The notes: generated by a model not told the origin, from the letters alone. A stretch of DNA of 64,000 bases from an uncultured Nitrospinota bacterium (GCA_963707985.1 CAVPRW010000048.1:1-64000); one strand, 5' to 3'; shown: positions 19,015-30,405, numbered from the stretch's first letter. A program made the numbers and translations.

Positions 19015-19632
19015 ATGAGTAACCCATCAAGCGCTCCACACCCGTCCAGATGGGGTGAGTACTACAAAGTCGCCTCGGGTCGTCCACCGCGCGAGTTATT
19101 TCAGCAAGCGGTCCTCCGTTTCGGACAGGCTGCCCATCCCTCCCGACTCGCCGTTGATCTGGGGTGTGGTGCCGGGACCGAAACCGCGGCCCTCCTGAGC
19201 CAGGGCTGGCATGTCCTGGCTATCGATCAGCAACCAGAAGCGATGGCCGACGTCCTGGCGCGGGTGGGGCCAGAGCACCAGGCCCATCTCACAACCCAGA
19301 TGGTCTCCTTTGAACACGCGGAGTTTCCGGGGTCAGATTTCATCTGGGCCGGCCGGAGTCTGCCCTTTTGCCCACCCGCGCACTTTCCCCGACTCTGGGA
19401 GAAGATTGTAGCCTCGCTCCGTGCAGGTGGTCGGTTTGCGGGGGATTTCTTTGGGGTGCGTCATGCGTGGGCCACGCGGCAGGCGATGACGTTCCACACG
19501 GTCGAACAGATCACAGCGCTCTGCCAGCCATTGCATATCGAGTACTTCATCACTGAAGAAGGCGAACGAGTCACAGCGCGTGATGGCCTTCAGCCCTGGC
19601 ACGCCTATGCGGTGATTGCCAGGAAACCGTGA
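19015..19632 (+). CDS. Class I SAM-dependent methyltransferase
   Basis: AVDLGCGAG motif I; GGRFAGDFFG. Confidence 0.9.
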   Translation: MSNPSSAPHPSRWGEYYKVASGRPPRELFQQAVLRFGQAAHPSRLAVDLGCGAGTETAALLSQGWHVLAIDQQPEAMADVLARVGPEHQAHLTTQMVSFEHAEFPGSDFIWAGRSLPFCPPAHFPRLWEKIVASLRAGGRFAGDFFGVRHAWATRQAMTFHTVEQITALCQPLHIEYFITEEGERVTARDGLQPWHAYAVIARKP

Positions 19633-19769
19633 CAGGCACGATGGGATGCGCACACAAATGCGCTGGGCAGAAAAACCTGGGAAACGCGGTAGGCCCCCGT
19701 CCTTGCTATGCGCGCCATGGTACTGCCCGGTTGGGCGTCAGCAGGGCGAAGGGTGGCAGCGGCTCCTGC

Positions 19770-19857
19770 ACCTAACCACGCGCTGCAAGCGACGCCCTAC
19801 AGCGTCTGCTCGTCCCTCGCTCCCGCTTTCGGGCGCGCCTGAGCGCCAGCGTTCTTA
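19770..19857 (+). other. attC site (3' core altered, GTTCTTA)
   Basis: ACCTAAC...gagcgccagcGTT, same family as 7930-8017. Confidence 0.85.
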
Positions 19858-19948
19858 ACACCTAATCGTTTGGTGTCCGTTTTGCTGAAAACCGGTTTGT
19901 CGCAATACATCGTCGCATGCTCTGCGACGTTTCCCCGGGAGGAGCATC

Positions 19949-20917
19949 ATGCTGCAGACCCCTTTATGTGCACTGTTGGGCATTGAGTTCCCCATCGTTC
20001 AGGCGGGCATGGCAGTCTTCACCTCCGCGGAGTTGGCGGCGGCGGTGTCGAATGCCGGCGGGTTGGGCAGTGTGGGGACCTTATTCCGTCCTGTCGAGGA
20101 CTTGTCCCGGCAACTCGCCCACTTGCGGGAACGGACTAGTCGGCCCTTCGCTGTCAATCACGTAGTGCCCGCGCTCGATGAGGACGCCTTCGCCCACACC
20201 TTGGCCGCCAGGCCCCCGGTCATTTCGTTTGCGCTGGGGGATCCTGGGGACTTGGTCCAGCGGGCGCACGATGTGGGTAGTCTAGTGATGCATCAAGTTA
20301 CCACCGTGCAGCAAGCCCGCCAAGCCGCCGAGCGGGGCGTCGACGTCATTATCGCCCAGGGCGGCGAAGCCGGCGGTTACGGGGGCACGATCGCGACGTT
20401 TACCCTCCTCCCGCAAGTCGTGGACGCGGTTCATCCCCTGCCGGTTGTGGCGGCGGGGGGCATTGCCGACGGGCGCGGCCTGGCGGCGGCCTTGGTCCTG
20501 GGCGCGGCCGGGGTCAATGTCGGGACGCGGTTCCTGGCCTCTGTGGAAGCCCCCATTCCCCTGGGGTGGAAGCATCGGATTGTCGAAGCCGCAGCGGAGG
20601 ACGCGGTCAAAGTGGAGGTCTGGAACGATATCAGTCCGGTCCCTGGGAGCCGGGGGTATGGCACTGTCATCCGTGCCCTGCGCACGCCGTTCATCGACAC
20701 CTGGCAACACCGGCGCGACGACGCCAGACGCGAGGCGGACCGCCTGCGGGGAGAGGTGCTGGCCGCCTTGCAGCAGGGGCGGATACACGAGTTGCTGCCC
20801 TTTACAGGCGAGAGCGCGGGGTTGGTGCATGACATCATCCCGGCCGGGGAGATTGTGCAGCGGCTGGTCGCAGAGGCCCGGCACGCCCTGGAGCGCTCCC
20901 AGACGCTCCTGACGTAG
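19949..20917 (+). CDS. Nitronate monooxygenase / FabK-family flavoprotein
   Basis: PIVQAGM, AAVSNAGGLG, QGGEAGG, AAGGIADGRG, GTRFLAS. Confidence 0.92.
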   Translation: MLQTPLCALLGIEFPIVQAGMAVFTSAELAAAVSNAGGLGSVGTLFRPVEDLSRQLAHLRERTSRPFAVNHVVPALDEDAFAHTLAARPPVISFALGDPGDLVQRAHDVGSLVMHQVTTVQQARQAAERGVDVIIAQGGEAGGYGGTIATFTLLPQVVDAVHPLPVVAAGGIADGRGLAAALVLGAAGVNVGTRFLASVEAPIPLGWKHRIVEAAAEDAVKVEVWNDISPVPGSRGYGTVIRALRTPFIDTWQHRRDDARREADRLRGEVLAALQQGRIHELLPFTGESAGLVHDIIPAGEIVQRLVAEARHALERSQTLLT

Positions 20918-20992
20918 CCGGGCACGGGGCAAGGAGGCGCTGAAAAGCGGGAGGCCGTTCGTGCCTGCACCGTATCCCAGGATCGCGTCTCC

Positions 20993-21082
20993 ACCTAACT
21001 ACGGCGTGCAGGCGACCGCTAATAGCCTCCGCTCCTGCGTCGCTTCGGCTATCAGCGGTCGCCTGCACGCCCAGCGTTAGGC
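20993..21082 (+). other. attC site
   Basis: ACCTAAC...GTTAGGC with a long stem gcgtgcaggcgaccgct / agcggtcgcctgcacgc. Confidence 0.93.
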
Positions 21083-21119
21083 AAGCTATTTTTTCAGTAG
21101 TGAAAAGGTAAAAAAAGAC

Positions 21120-23457
21120 ATGGCAAACCGTTGGGCAACGTTGCTTCACAGGCTGCCAGAGTTGCCAGGCATGCGCAAGTGGGCTGCGGGCATACTGGGA
21201 GGTATCGCCGCTATTATTACTTCCTATAGCCAACTCTCGGTAACCCTTGATCCTCTGCTTAAAAAGTACTTGAACCCCTTGCCCTCCAATTTGGTTGTTT
21301 ATGTTTCCCCTGATCCGTTCACGGCCAAGTCTTACCTAAGCATCTTGGCAGATAATAAGGTTCATCCCGATTAAACCATTGGTTGCCAGGGTGTCAACCG
21401 CACGCGAAAGTTATGCAGCGCACAGCAGACTTCCATGATCAGATCGCGGACGCCCGCCTTTCGGAGGCGGCAGGTATCGTGGACCATACGGCAGCGCTTG
21501 ACACGACTGTTGACATGCTCGATGCGTACGCGCCGACGGGCGATGCGCCGATTCGCAGCCTTTTGCGCGCGTGTGAGCTGCCGTCCTCGCGGCTTGCGGG
21601 TCGGCATGATGATCTCGACCTGGTCGAGTGTGAACGCCAGGAAGCCCAGATCCTGGAGCAACCGACTGCCCGCCGGTCAGGGATAGGGGGTGGCCTCAGC
21701 CATCCGCTTGTCGTGGGTACGCCCCGCATTGGTCTCACTCAGGAAGAGGATCGTCCGCACGGCGTTGATCAGCCGCACGTTGTTGACCGTGTGGCACTTC
21801 TTCTTGCCGCTATCATCGCGCGTCTGCTCAGTTGGATCCTGGGGGCGCCCGATGCGCCGTGCAGTGCCATCATGCCCACAAGGGGGGAGGCAGGGGCCTG
21901 GGCTGATGCCGGTGTGGGCGGAGCGGACGCATGCGGCGGCTTCGGCACCGGTACGACCCGCGCGCTCGCGTCCGTCTCAGTCACCCCGAGGCGCTTCGCG
22001 AGTGCTGTCACCGACCGGGTGGGCGCATCCCCCAGCGCGCGTCGCGTCGTCTGGAGGACACCTCGCAGGACATGAATCCACTGATGAGCCTTGCTCTGGC
22101 CTATGCCGAAGAGTCGTCCCTGCACGACTTGGAGCGGATAGGTCTTCAGGTAGACCAGGATACACAGCAGCCGATCCTCGGGGGTTGGCAGCGGACAGTT
22201 CTTGTAGGTCGTCTAGCGGCGAGCGGTACGCGGCTGCCCATCAAGGCGCCAGGAGGCCATGTAGGCCTGGAACGCGGCCGCAAAGGGGGGCACTAACAAC
22301 CGAAACTCATCGCGCGTGAGACTCGTCAAATCGAGCACCTCGGTCGAGCGGGTCTGGAGATCGGCGAACCGTCACGTTCCCATGGCGGGGGCCTCCTTTC
22401 GTTGGAGGCCCAGGATACCATAAATCGAGATGAACTCTAATGGATTTAAGACTCGGCACCTCGATTTGAACCAGATGGACGACCTTCTGTCTCATAAGCC
22501 TGGCGTCATCATAATTGGCACCAAAAACAGAAGGGAACCGCTGAAAGTCAGTCCGGCTCTTAAGAGCTATTTCACCAGTGGGAAGGTAAAGCTTATCGGT
22601 ATGGGGTGGTTAGGAGCTGAGCATTTCCCAGAGCTTGAATCTCATCCTGTGCTAGCCGGGATAGCCCACCGCTTCGATAGCTCGATAATCTTAGATTCGA
22701 AAGCACCTCCAGACATAACTGTGGGTCTACCGATTGCGCAGCCGTTCCGCCTGTATGACGAAAATGTTGCAGCTACGATTAACGATGTAGCCGTCTACGA
22801 TAGAGGCTCCTTGTCTCTCCTGGGAGCCCAGGGGATCGCCCGCCACGCTCAGGAGCCTGAATGTCATGGTCAGTACTGGCCGGTTGCGAAGCAGGGAACT
22901 ATATTCTCTGGGGCTATGGCGGAGCCGACGCTCAAAGGTTGACGGACGCCGGCAAACGACTCTTTGTGAACTTGATAAAGCGTGCCCAGAGCACCCCATT
23001 TGAAGTCGCAGCACTAGAGCGTCAATATTTCAAGCCAGGTATCTACAAAGGCACTCTTGGTTGCAACTTTACTGGCAATACTTACCCATTCAAGACAAAC
23101 CAAGTTGGAAATATTAAATTGCGTGTTACTTCACGCGAGAATCTTTCCTTTATTCTAAATGGTCCAGGCAAAGTTGACTACTACGAACGTGTAGACCAAG
23201 TTTCATCCTAGTTAACATACCATGTGACAGCAGAAAATCTTGGTCGTGGAGATGAGTGGTTCGCTTCTGTTACTTACTTTGGTCCTGTTACCTCTGAAAC
23301 AAAAGTCGAATATGAACTTGAAGTTATTTATCTCCTAGCAAAGTCAGCCAACTTACCTTTGTGGTCTGTAATTGGTATCTTAGGTTTGGGTCTGTTTGTC
23401 TTTGCCTTGTTCCGCTTTTTTAAGGTCTTGCGGAAACCGAGGTTAGGCTCAAGTTAA
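21120..23457 (+). pseudogene. Low-GC membrane-anchored hypothetical protein interrupted by an IS and by frameshift/stop
   Basis: Removing IS 21359-22437 and one TAA restores ...LADNNGFKTRH...; hydrophobic segments at both termini. Confidence 0.7.
21359..22437 (-). mobile_element. IS5-family-like element (HTH + DDE), decayed
   Basis: Terminal IRs GTTCATCCCGATT / AATCGAGATGAAC; TAA direct repeats at 21356-21358 and 22438-22440; RVRIEHVNSRVKR...CALHNF. Confidence 0.88.
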
Positions 23458-23489
23458 TTAACCTTCTGGGTCTTACTGGCCAAGTCCTG

Positions 23490-23571
23490 GCCTAACATCG
23501 GCACGGATCCGACGCCCTACAGCCTACGCTCCGCTGCGGCTTCCGGGCGCAGCTCATGCCCAGCGTTGGAC
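23490..23571 (+). other. attC site
   Basis: GCCTAAC...GTTGGAC, same family as 7930 and 19770. Confidence 0.9.
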
Positions 23572-23610
23572 TGACCCACAGAGGCGGGGGATGTGGGGCG
23601 TGAGTCCGTC

Positions 23611-24347
23611 ATGATGGAGCGACGCGGAAGCGGGGATGGAGAGCCCTTGAGCACCGCCAAGCTCACGCTCCAAACGATTCTGCGCATGGGCTATGAGGCC
23701 TATGCGCGTCACCATCGGCTGCCGGACTATGTGCGGCGGGCGGTGTGGGCCATCCTGGCGTGTCGCACCGCGCAGCTGGGGGTCATATCCAGGCCTGCCC
23801 GGACGGGCATCTGGAGAGAGTCTGGGACAACTCCTGTCGGCACCGGCTGTGCCCGCAGTGCGCCTGGCTCCAGAGCGAGCGCTGGCTGGTCCGTCAGAAG
23901 GCTCGGCTCTTGGCGTGCGATCCCTACCATGTCATCTGCACCATCCTGCATGAGCTCAATGACCTGTGGTTGGCCAACGTCGCCGTGATGACCCAGCTGC
24001 TGTTTGCCAGTGTGCATGACACTTTGTGTGAGCTGTTAGGCGATGGCAAATATCTGGGTGCCAGGGCTGGGATCATCGCCACGCTGCACACGTGGACCCA
24101 GACGTTGCTCCTGCCTCCGCACATTCATTGTCTGGTCACGGGTGGGGGCCTGACGGAGGCGGGCCAGTGGGTCGCGGTCAGCCACGGCTTTCTGCTGCCG
24201 GTGCGGGTGGTCATGGCGGTCTTCCGGGGCAAACTGCGGGCGGCCATGCACCAGGGCTTGCAGCAAGGGCAGCTGACACTGCCAGGGGGCAAGAGTCGCC
24301 AGCAGTTGGAGAACCTGCTCAACAAGCTGGGCCGGCAGAAGTGGAAT
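23611..24347 (+). pseudogene. IS91-family transposase, frameshifted and truncated by an ISKra4-like element
   Basis: ACRTAQLG/GGH..CPDGH..NSCRHRLCPQC; LHTWTQTLLLPPHIHCLVTGGG. Confidence 0.88.
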
Positions 24348-26007
24348 GAGCGTAACCGTTTTGAGTCGAGTTATGCGGCACGCTTCAAGCGCTCCGTTGG
24401 CTTGTATTTTGCCTGGCGACCGTAGAGGCGAAGTCGTACCTGACGGGCATGAAACCGCCAGTAGTCACGGACATCATGGTCATGACTCTTCTTGAGCGAG
24501 CGCAACGCCAGAATGGCCTCGGCTCCGGCGAGGCTCCAGCGCTTGCCTTCGCCCTCCATGCGATGCTTGACCACCGAGCCGCAGGCCGACTTCACCACGC
24601 CGGTCCCGACGGGTAAACCCATGGCCAGGTACTGGTCGTACTTCATCCAGCGCCGGTGGTTGTGCAGGCACGTGATGACCTTCGCGAGCGTCTGTCGCAC
24701 CGACTTCCGCAGCCGCTGCTTCGTGAGGATTTGTCGCAGACCGCCGATGACGTAACCCACCCGGCCGCTGAGAATCTCCGTCAGCTTGTGTTGCACCCAG
24801 TGCTGGCCCGCCTTGGTGCTTCCCCGAACAAGGCGTTGGCCGCTGCCCAGAGGGAACCGACGACGTGCATGATGTCCAGCACACAGGTCACGCGCTTCCA
24901 GGGCTTGAAGAGCTGAGGCGCCAGGCGCCACAGACAGAGGGCGCCATCGAGCAGGATGACCAGGGGCTTGCGGTGCTGCGGGTCCCGGCGCTCGGCGTCG
25001 GCCTTGATCGGCTTCATCACCGCCTGCTTCGTCCGCACCAGGCTGGCCACACGTCGCACCTGCTGGGCTCGCGGGGCCTCGTCTCGTGTCCCGGCCCGCT
25101 GCCGGCGCGCACGCGCCGCTTCTGGATCCACCAGCAGTTCCGCAAGCGCTTCGGGCGCCCGTGGCTTGGGATCGACGGTATCGCTGACCCCCACCAGCGC
25201 TTCCTTCTTTCGCTGCCGCTTCTCCCCCGTACCCAGCTTGGATTTGAGCTTCACCGCCTCCGCCTTGATCATCGGCACGCCCTTGCCGTCAAAGCTCACC
25301 ACCAAGATCTCGCCCTCGGTGTCCGCTGGGGAGCGGGGCCGCTGCGCACAGAAGTCCTCGTAGTCCTGCGGGGCTTCTTGCGCCACCTGCATCACCACGC
25401 TCTCGGCCACCTCGAGATCAAAGAGCTGCCCAAAGAATCCCGCACTCTCCTTGAAGGGGTGCTCGACCGCAAACACGGTCATCCACTCTTGCAGGAAGTA
25501 CGAGTCGCACCGTCAGGGAGGTTGACCTGGGCGTCCAGCGGGAAGATCCCCGGCTTCCCAGGCGTGCGGTCGCAGGTCCGCGGCACCGCGAACGTGCCGA
25601 AGAGCGAGAAGTCATCGCGCCCCCGCAGCTTCTGCTCCCGCGGCAGGAAGACGCCGTCGGCCTGCGTGACAGCCGGTCCCACATCACCCGTCCCGCGCTG
25701 GGCGAAGTAGCGCTTCATCGCCGCCAACCCCATGGGCAGCAGCCGCTTGAAGATGCCCTTCTCCGCTTCGTGCGCCTCAAGCGTTCCCGCGGTTTCCCTG
25801 GCAAACATGATCAGTGCCTGGAGAGCCTGCTTCCTTCCGCGATACTCGTCTCGACATCGAGCGCGTCCATGGGGATACTCCTGATGTGGCAAACCATCGG
25901 AACTCCGAGCAGATGTTCCCTGGTTTCTACCATGAACGGAGGGTCCCTTGCACCCAGAAACCTTTGTCTCGCGCCGCTTTGACTCTGAACTCATTTCGTG
26001 TACGCTC
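24348..26007 (-). mobile_element. ISKra4-family-like IS, decayed
   Basis: Imperfect IRs GAGCGTAACCGTTTTGAGT / ACTCATTTCGTGTACGCTC; DGKGVPM, LDIMHV, GLPVGTGVVKSACG...RW...GAEAILALR. Confidence 0.85.
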
Positions 26008-26445
26008 AAATGGGATGCCAGGTCGGAATGCCCCGGAACGCCTGCGTATTGCGCATGGTGAAACGGGTCGTATTGCTGTTGGGCGTGCACAGCGGATTGG
26101 CCCGAATCCCCGCCTTGGCCGTGGCATCGACCAGTGCCATATGCTGTTTCCAGGCTTCCGGCTGACAGACCGACTGCCCCAGGTTGTTGTACACCACCTG
26201 CCGGCCACAGGCTTCGGCGAGGCGGGTCATCAGGCCGTTGTCGAGCTCGGCATCGCGACCCCCGCCACTCTGGCCGATGAGGTTGCCCACATTCACCCCC
26301 AGACGCTTGTCGAGGGTATCCATGTATTCGCCCACCGTTTCCCAGCTCATATTGACGGTGCGCAGCACCTCCATCGGAATGGCTTCGACATAGGAGAGAA
26401 ATTCGGCCAGCCGTTCTTCGTGGCCCCGGCGCACCGGCGTCAGGG
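26008..26445 (-). pseudogene. Fragment of an N-acyl-D-amino-acid deacylase-like amidohydrolase
   Basis: VEAIPMEVL...SWETVGEYMDTLD...GVNVGNLIG; truncated at both ends. Confidence 0.6.
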
Positions 26446-26751
26446 TCCGTGATGGCGCCGATCCCCCAGGACGTGCGGCAGGTGCCCTCGCGGTCGAAAA
26501 CCACGATTGGATGGTCGGTGCATTGGAAGACGTAGACCTGGTCATGGGAAGAGGTCACGGGGTTGATCCGGCACCTGATGGAGTGGTCCACCCTGGGCCT
26601 CGAGGCTCTGGCGGCCGCCGTCGTCGTGGTCGCGGGCAAGCGGGAAACCCGTATGCGACCTCAGCGGGGGCGAGTGGATTGATCGCCGGGCCACTGGCAG
26701 AGCACGGCAGTTGACGTCGCAGGAACCGTCAACACCGGGAGACCGAACGCG

Positions 26752-27015
26752 ATGGAAGACGCACGCGCTCGCGTGTGGGAGCATCTCGTGGGTCGGCGGG
26801 GCGGACCATTGACGTTTCACTTCGTCCTCCAACCGACGATGGCGGCCATCCCGGTGCAGAGCGCACCGGGACCAGATGTCGCGACAACCCTCGCGTTTGA
26901 GTGCACCCACGTCGCCTACGAGCGGATTATGCTGGGCTGGGTCAGGACGGCGACGTTGCTGATCACCTTCGGGTTCACCATCTATAAGTTCTTTCAGACG
27001 CGCACCTACACCTAG
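26752..27015 (+). pseudogene. Chimeric fragment ending in a DUF202-like membrane segment
   Basis: ERIMLGWVRTATLLITFGFTIYKFF. Confidence 0.45.
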
Positions 27016-27055
27016 AAGGCTTTGACATGTTTGGTTCCGTTACTGCGATGTTCCC

Positions 27056-28189
27056 TTACCGTTTCCCCATGGCTTTGGACCATTCGTAGTTTCTGTTGGT
27101 AAAGGCTTCCTCAGGCATGAGTGACTTCACACCGCATTTCGTCAACTCCTCCTCGAATTTCTTGCGGATGAATGGCTCCTCATCCGGATACTCGATCTGG
27201 TCTTTGGCTCGATCTTCAACCTTCTCCGCATGACCATGGAACTGCATCGGGGGATGCAGGGCAAGGTACCGTGCGTGACTGCCACCAACGTTAAAGTGTT
27301 GGTGGAACCATCGATTGGGTGGGACAAAGAGACTGCATTCGTGCCAGGGGACGACGATTTTTTCTTTTCCTTCTTCCCACATGATGGAGTAGCCTTCTCC
27401 GGCGGGAATGATGATGGCCCGGCCGGGGCCGTGGCGGTGTGCCTTCTTGTAGGTCTGCGCCGCAAACACCGACATGTGAGCTGACACCTCGGAATTGGGG
27501 AACTGAAGATACACGCTCCTGCCCCCGGCGCCGCGTCTGACATTCGCCTCGAGCTTATCCCAGGCCCGCATGTCCGGGAAGAAATTTCCGTACCAGTAGA
27601 CACGCGTGCCAAGCGCTTCGTCGCGCTCGACAGACTGCACCATTTTGGCTTCGGAGTATAAATCTTCCTGCGCCGCCACGTCATCCAGAGTTTGACGGGG
27701 GTTATTAAAGAAGTAGTCGGGATCGGGAACGGCTGACAGAGCCAGTGGCAGGTAGCTGTAGTGAAATAGCCGCACGGGCTTGTCGCCCTGCATGTTGCTG
27801 AAGGTATGGTGACAGCCATGGGGAAGCAAAAACATGCTGTGCTGCTGCCACTCGAAGCTTTTTTTGGCGGTGCTGCTATCGTACCAGATGGTGGTGAGCC
27901 CTCTTCCCGAAACCACGTAGACGACTTCATCGAGGGCGAACTTCAGCGGGCGCGTGCTTTCGCCCGCGGGAATCTCCGTGATGCGACTAGAACTCACGCC
28001 CTCCGAGCCCAGCAACTGGATAAAAGCGGACAGGCACTGGCGCTCTTCCCACCAGCCGAGTTCCACGGTTCTCAAATCGTCAACGAAAAAGCCTTTATGG
28101 ATGGGAACGCCAGTGGATTCCATCCAGTAATCGTAGGTAAACTTCTTGCTCCACATCTTTCGTTCCGGTTTGAATGCAGGCTTTGCCAT
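27056..28189 (-). CDS. Bicupin-domain protein
   Basis: Two cupin motifs (DEVVYVVSGRG...HHTFSN; KAHRHGPG...FHQHFN). Confidence 0.85.
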   Translation of the reverse strand: MAKPAFKPERKMWSKKFTYDYWMESTGVPIHKGFFVDDLRTVELGWWEERQCLSAFIQLLGSEGVSSSRITEIPAGESTRPLKFALDEVVYVVSGRGLTTIWYDSSTAKKSFEWQQHSMFLLPHGCHHTFSNMQGDKPVRLFHYSYLPLALSAVPDPDYFFNNPRQTLDDVAAQEDLYSEAKMVQSVERDEALGTRVYWYGNFFPDMRAWDKLEANVRRGAGGRSVYLQFPNSEVSAHMSVFAAQTYKKAHRHGPGRAIIIPAGEGYSIMWEEGKEKIVVPWHECSLFVPPNRWFHQHFNVGGSHARYLALHPPMQFHGHAEKVEDRAKDQIEYPDEEPFIRKKFEEELTKCGVKSLMPEEAFTNRNYEWSKAMGKR

Positions 28190-28211
28190 CGATTTTTCTC
28201 CTTGGGCTTCG

Positions 28212-29730
28212 CTACTTCAGCTTGGTTCCGGGAAACATCAATGACTTGACCGTGACGGGGATGACTTCTGTGATGCCCATGGGTTCACCGATGTCAATAT
28301 AGTCGAGATCTCCGACGTCAATGCCATCGATGGCGATGACCTCTCGGTCCAACTTAAGCTCCTCTTTCAAGATACCGCCGAGCGATTTCGCGACATCAAG
28401 GTCCAGTGTCAAGATATAGCGGGATCTTGTGGTTTTCTGCGCTGTTGCAAATGGCCGCGACTCCCTCCGCTACCTCCCTGAGTGTCTGATAGTTCAGTTG
28501 TCCGTCAAGAGACAGGGACAGGGCTAGTCCGGAGGTAAAAGAGCTACGGTCGAACTTCGCCAGCGACTGCTGCAAGGCCTCGATCACGGGCTGTTCTCGT
28601 GTTAACGATGCCCGGACCACCTTGAGGCCAAACGCTGGCAAGACCCGGGGATTCGAAATGTAGCTCGTCGTTCCGCTTGCCTGTACAGTGTATTCACCGG
28701 CACCGATCACCGTGGCCCGGATGCCTTCAATCGGCTCACGCAGGAGATTTTTCTTAGGGAGTTTTTTCAGCAAATCCCTGACATGTTTTCCCAAGAGGGG
28801 ACCGACATCGCCGTATGAAGTCCGGTCACGGTCGTAGACGTGCTCGGAGACGCCGCCGGAGAACACAATGTGGTCAACCTGATCGAATCGGTAACTTCTG
28901 AACGGTGGCGTCACCATGAGTTGTGTTGCGAGCGCGGATGTGGGGCCGTGCTTGATCACCTCGAAAAGCACTCTGGCCATCACAACGGCGAAGGCCTCCT
29001 GTTGTCGTCTGGTGATCCTCTTCCCCAGTTCAACGGTATAGCCGATCTCGGCCATCAGCGTTCTTCCGGCATCCTCGATGCGTGTCAGTACGCTGGATTC
29101 GTCAAAGGCGATCAACCGGGCGCCGATGTTGATCGCAGCGGTTTGCGTCATGTCCCCACGATCGATGAGCGAGAACTTCGTTGTTCCCCCTCCTATGTCA
29201 ACATTGAGGACCGTCTTGTTCTCGGTCTTCGCGACATCGACGGCGCCGGAACCGTAGGCGGCGAGGAGGGCCTCGTGGTTGTGACCTGCCGCCGCGCAGA
29301 TGAATTTTCCCGCATACTTGGCAAAATACTCAACGATCGGCTGGGCGTTCTCCTTCTTGAGGGCCTCCCCAGTGATGATGACCGCTCCGGTGTCGATATC
29401 TTCCGGTTGCAGCCGGGCCGCCCGGTAGGCGTGTTCAATGAATCGCTTGACCTTCTCGACGTCGATCAGGGTACCGGACCGATAGGGGGTCAGTATGATG
29501 GTGGAACGGAACAAGACCTTTCGTTCGGTGATTTTGAAACGTCCTGAGAGCGACGCTCCCTGCCGCCTTAAAGTCAGTTGCGAGAATACGAGATGGGAGG
29601 TCGAGGAGCCGATGTCGATGCCCACACTCTTGAGCGTGAACATTTCCAGGCCTTCAATGTCCTGGGTAAGGGCGTCTGGGCCCCAGTCAGCAAAATCGGG
29701 GTGCTCATGGTCTTCATCGAGATCGTGCAT
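28212..29730 (-). CDS. eutA: EutA-like reactivating ATPase (one frameshift near 28410)
   Basis: SVGIDIGSSTSHLVFS, DTGAVIITGE, VLNVDIGGGT, IRATVIGAG, IPVTVKSL. Confidence 0.85.
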
Positions 29731-30009
29731 ACTTGATTACCTCTAAATCGAACCACACGACATTGGTACACGCCTATTGCTGAAACCCGGATCCGATCGG
29801 CCCTCCGGCGGGCCTCACTGTACCAATCTCTTGTGGACTGATTTAGCCAGGTGTCATGCTGCAGCCAAGTCTCCGACAGAGGCACGCACGGCAGCATTCG
29901 CCGTGCAGCATACTCGCGCTCAGGCAGGGTGTCAACCGAGTGACACAGGGGCGACAGAGGGTCGCCTACCGATCCAGCTACAACGCGGCGACGCGACTAC
30001 CGAAGCCTG

Positions 30010-30135
30010 CTCTCGGGTTCGGAGCGTGGCTTCCACCAGCAACCGCTGGGCCTCCTGGGGATCGTACCGATAATACTTGGCCCCCTCCCCGAGTTGGTCG
30101 ATGGCCAGCAACCACTCGGCCAGGCCAGGTGCGAC
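30010..30135 (-). pseudogene. Fragment of a family-5 substrate-binding protein paralogous to 5134-6798
   Basis: GLAEWLLAIDQLGEGAKYYRYDPQEAQRLL versus GLVEWSLPVDQLGEGATYYRYDPQEARRLL. Confidence 0.8.
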
Positions 30136-30405
30136 CGCGGCTGCGGCGCGCGACTGCTGTTTGCAGCGTCGTGACACGTGCGGGGTGCAAGGTGGCTGCG
30201 CCCCCTCAACCCCCAAGGGGATGGCGGAGGGCCTGTCAAGGCCGCACGTGGGCAGGCGTTGTCCCCGCCCCGTCCGGTATAGAGGAGGCCGCTAGCGGTC
30301 GCTACCCCAGATCTCTTTCCCTTGACCTTCCCGATTGCGTATCGTAAGCTTCCAGCGAACTTCCATTCTGGTTCCATTCAACAATCCTCTCCAGGAGTGC
30401 TTCCC

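Larger units (their letters stand above)
1..24347 (+). mobile_element. Integron gene-cassette array (~17 cassettes); no intI in window (CALIN, or intI lies upstream of position 1)
   Basis: Co-oriented ORFs separated by imperfect palindromes bounded by RYYYAAC-like and GTT-starting heptamers. Cassette 5' heptamers complement the downstream inverse cores. Confidence 0.95.

Noticed and set aside
1315..23571. Repeats as a CRISPR array or REP/BIME cluster
   Set aside because: Spacing is gene-sized, the repeats vary in length and sequence, they have R-box geometry, and there are no cas genes.
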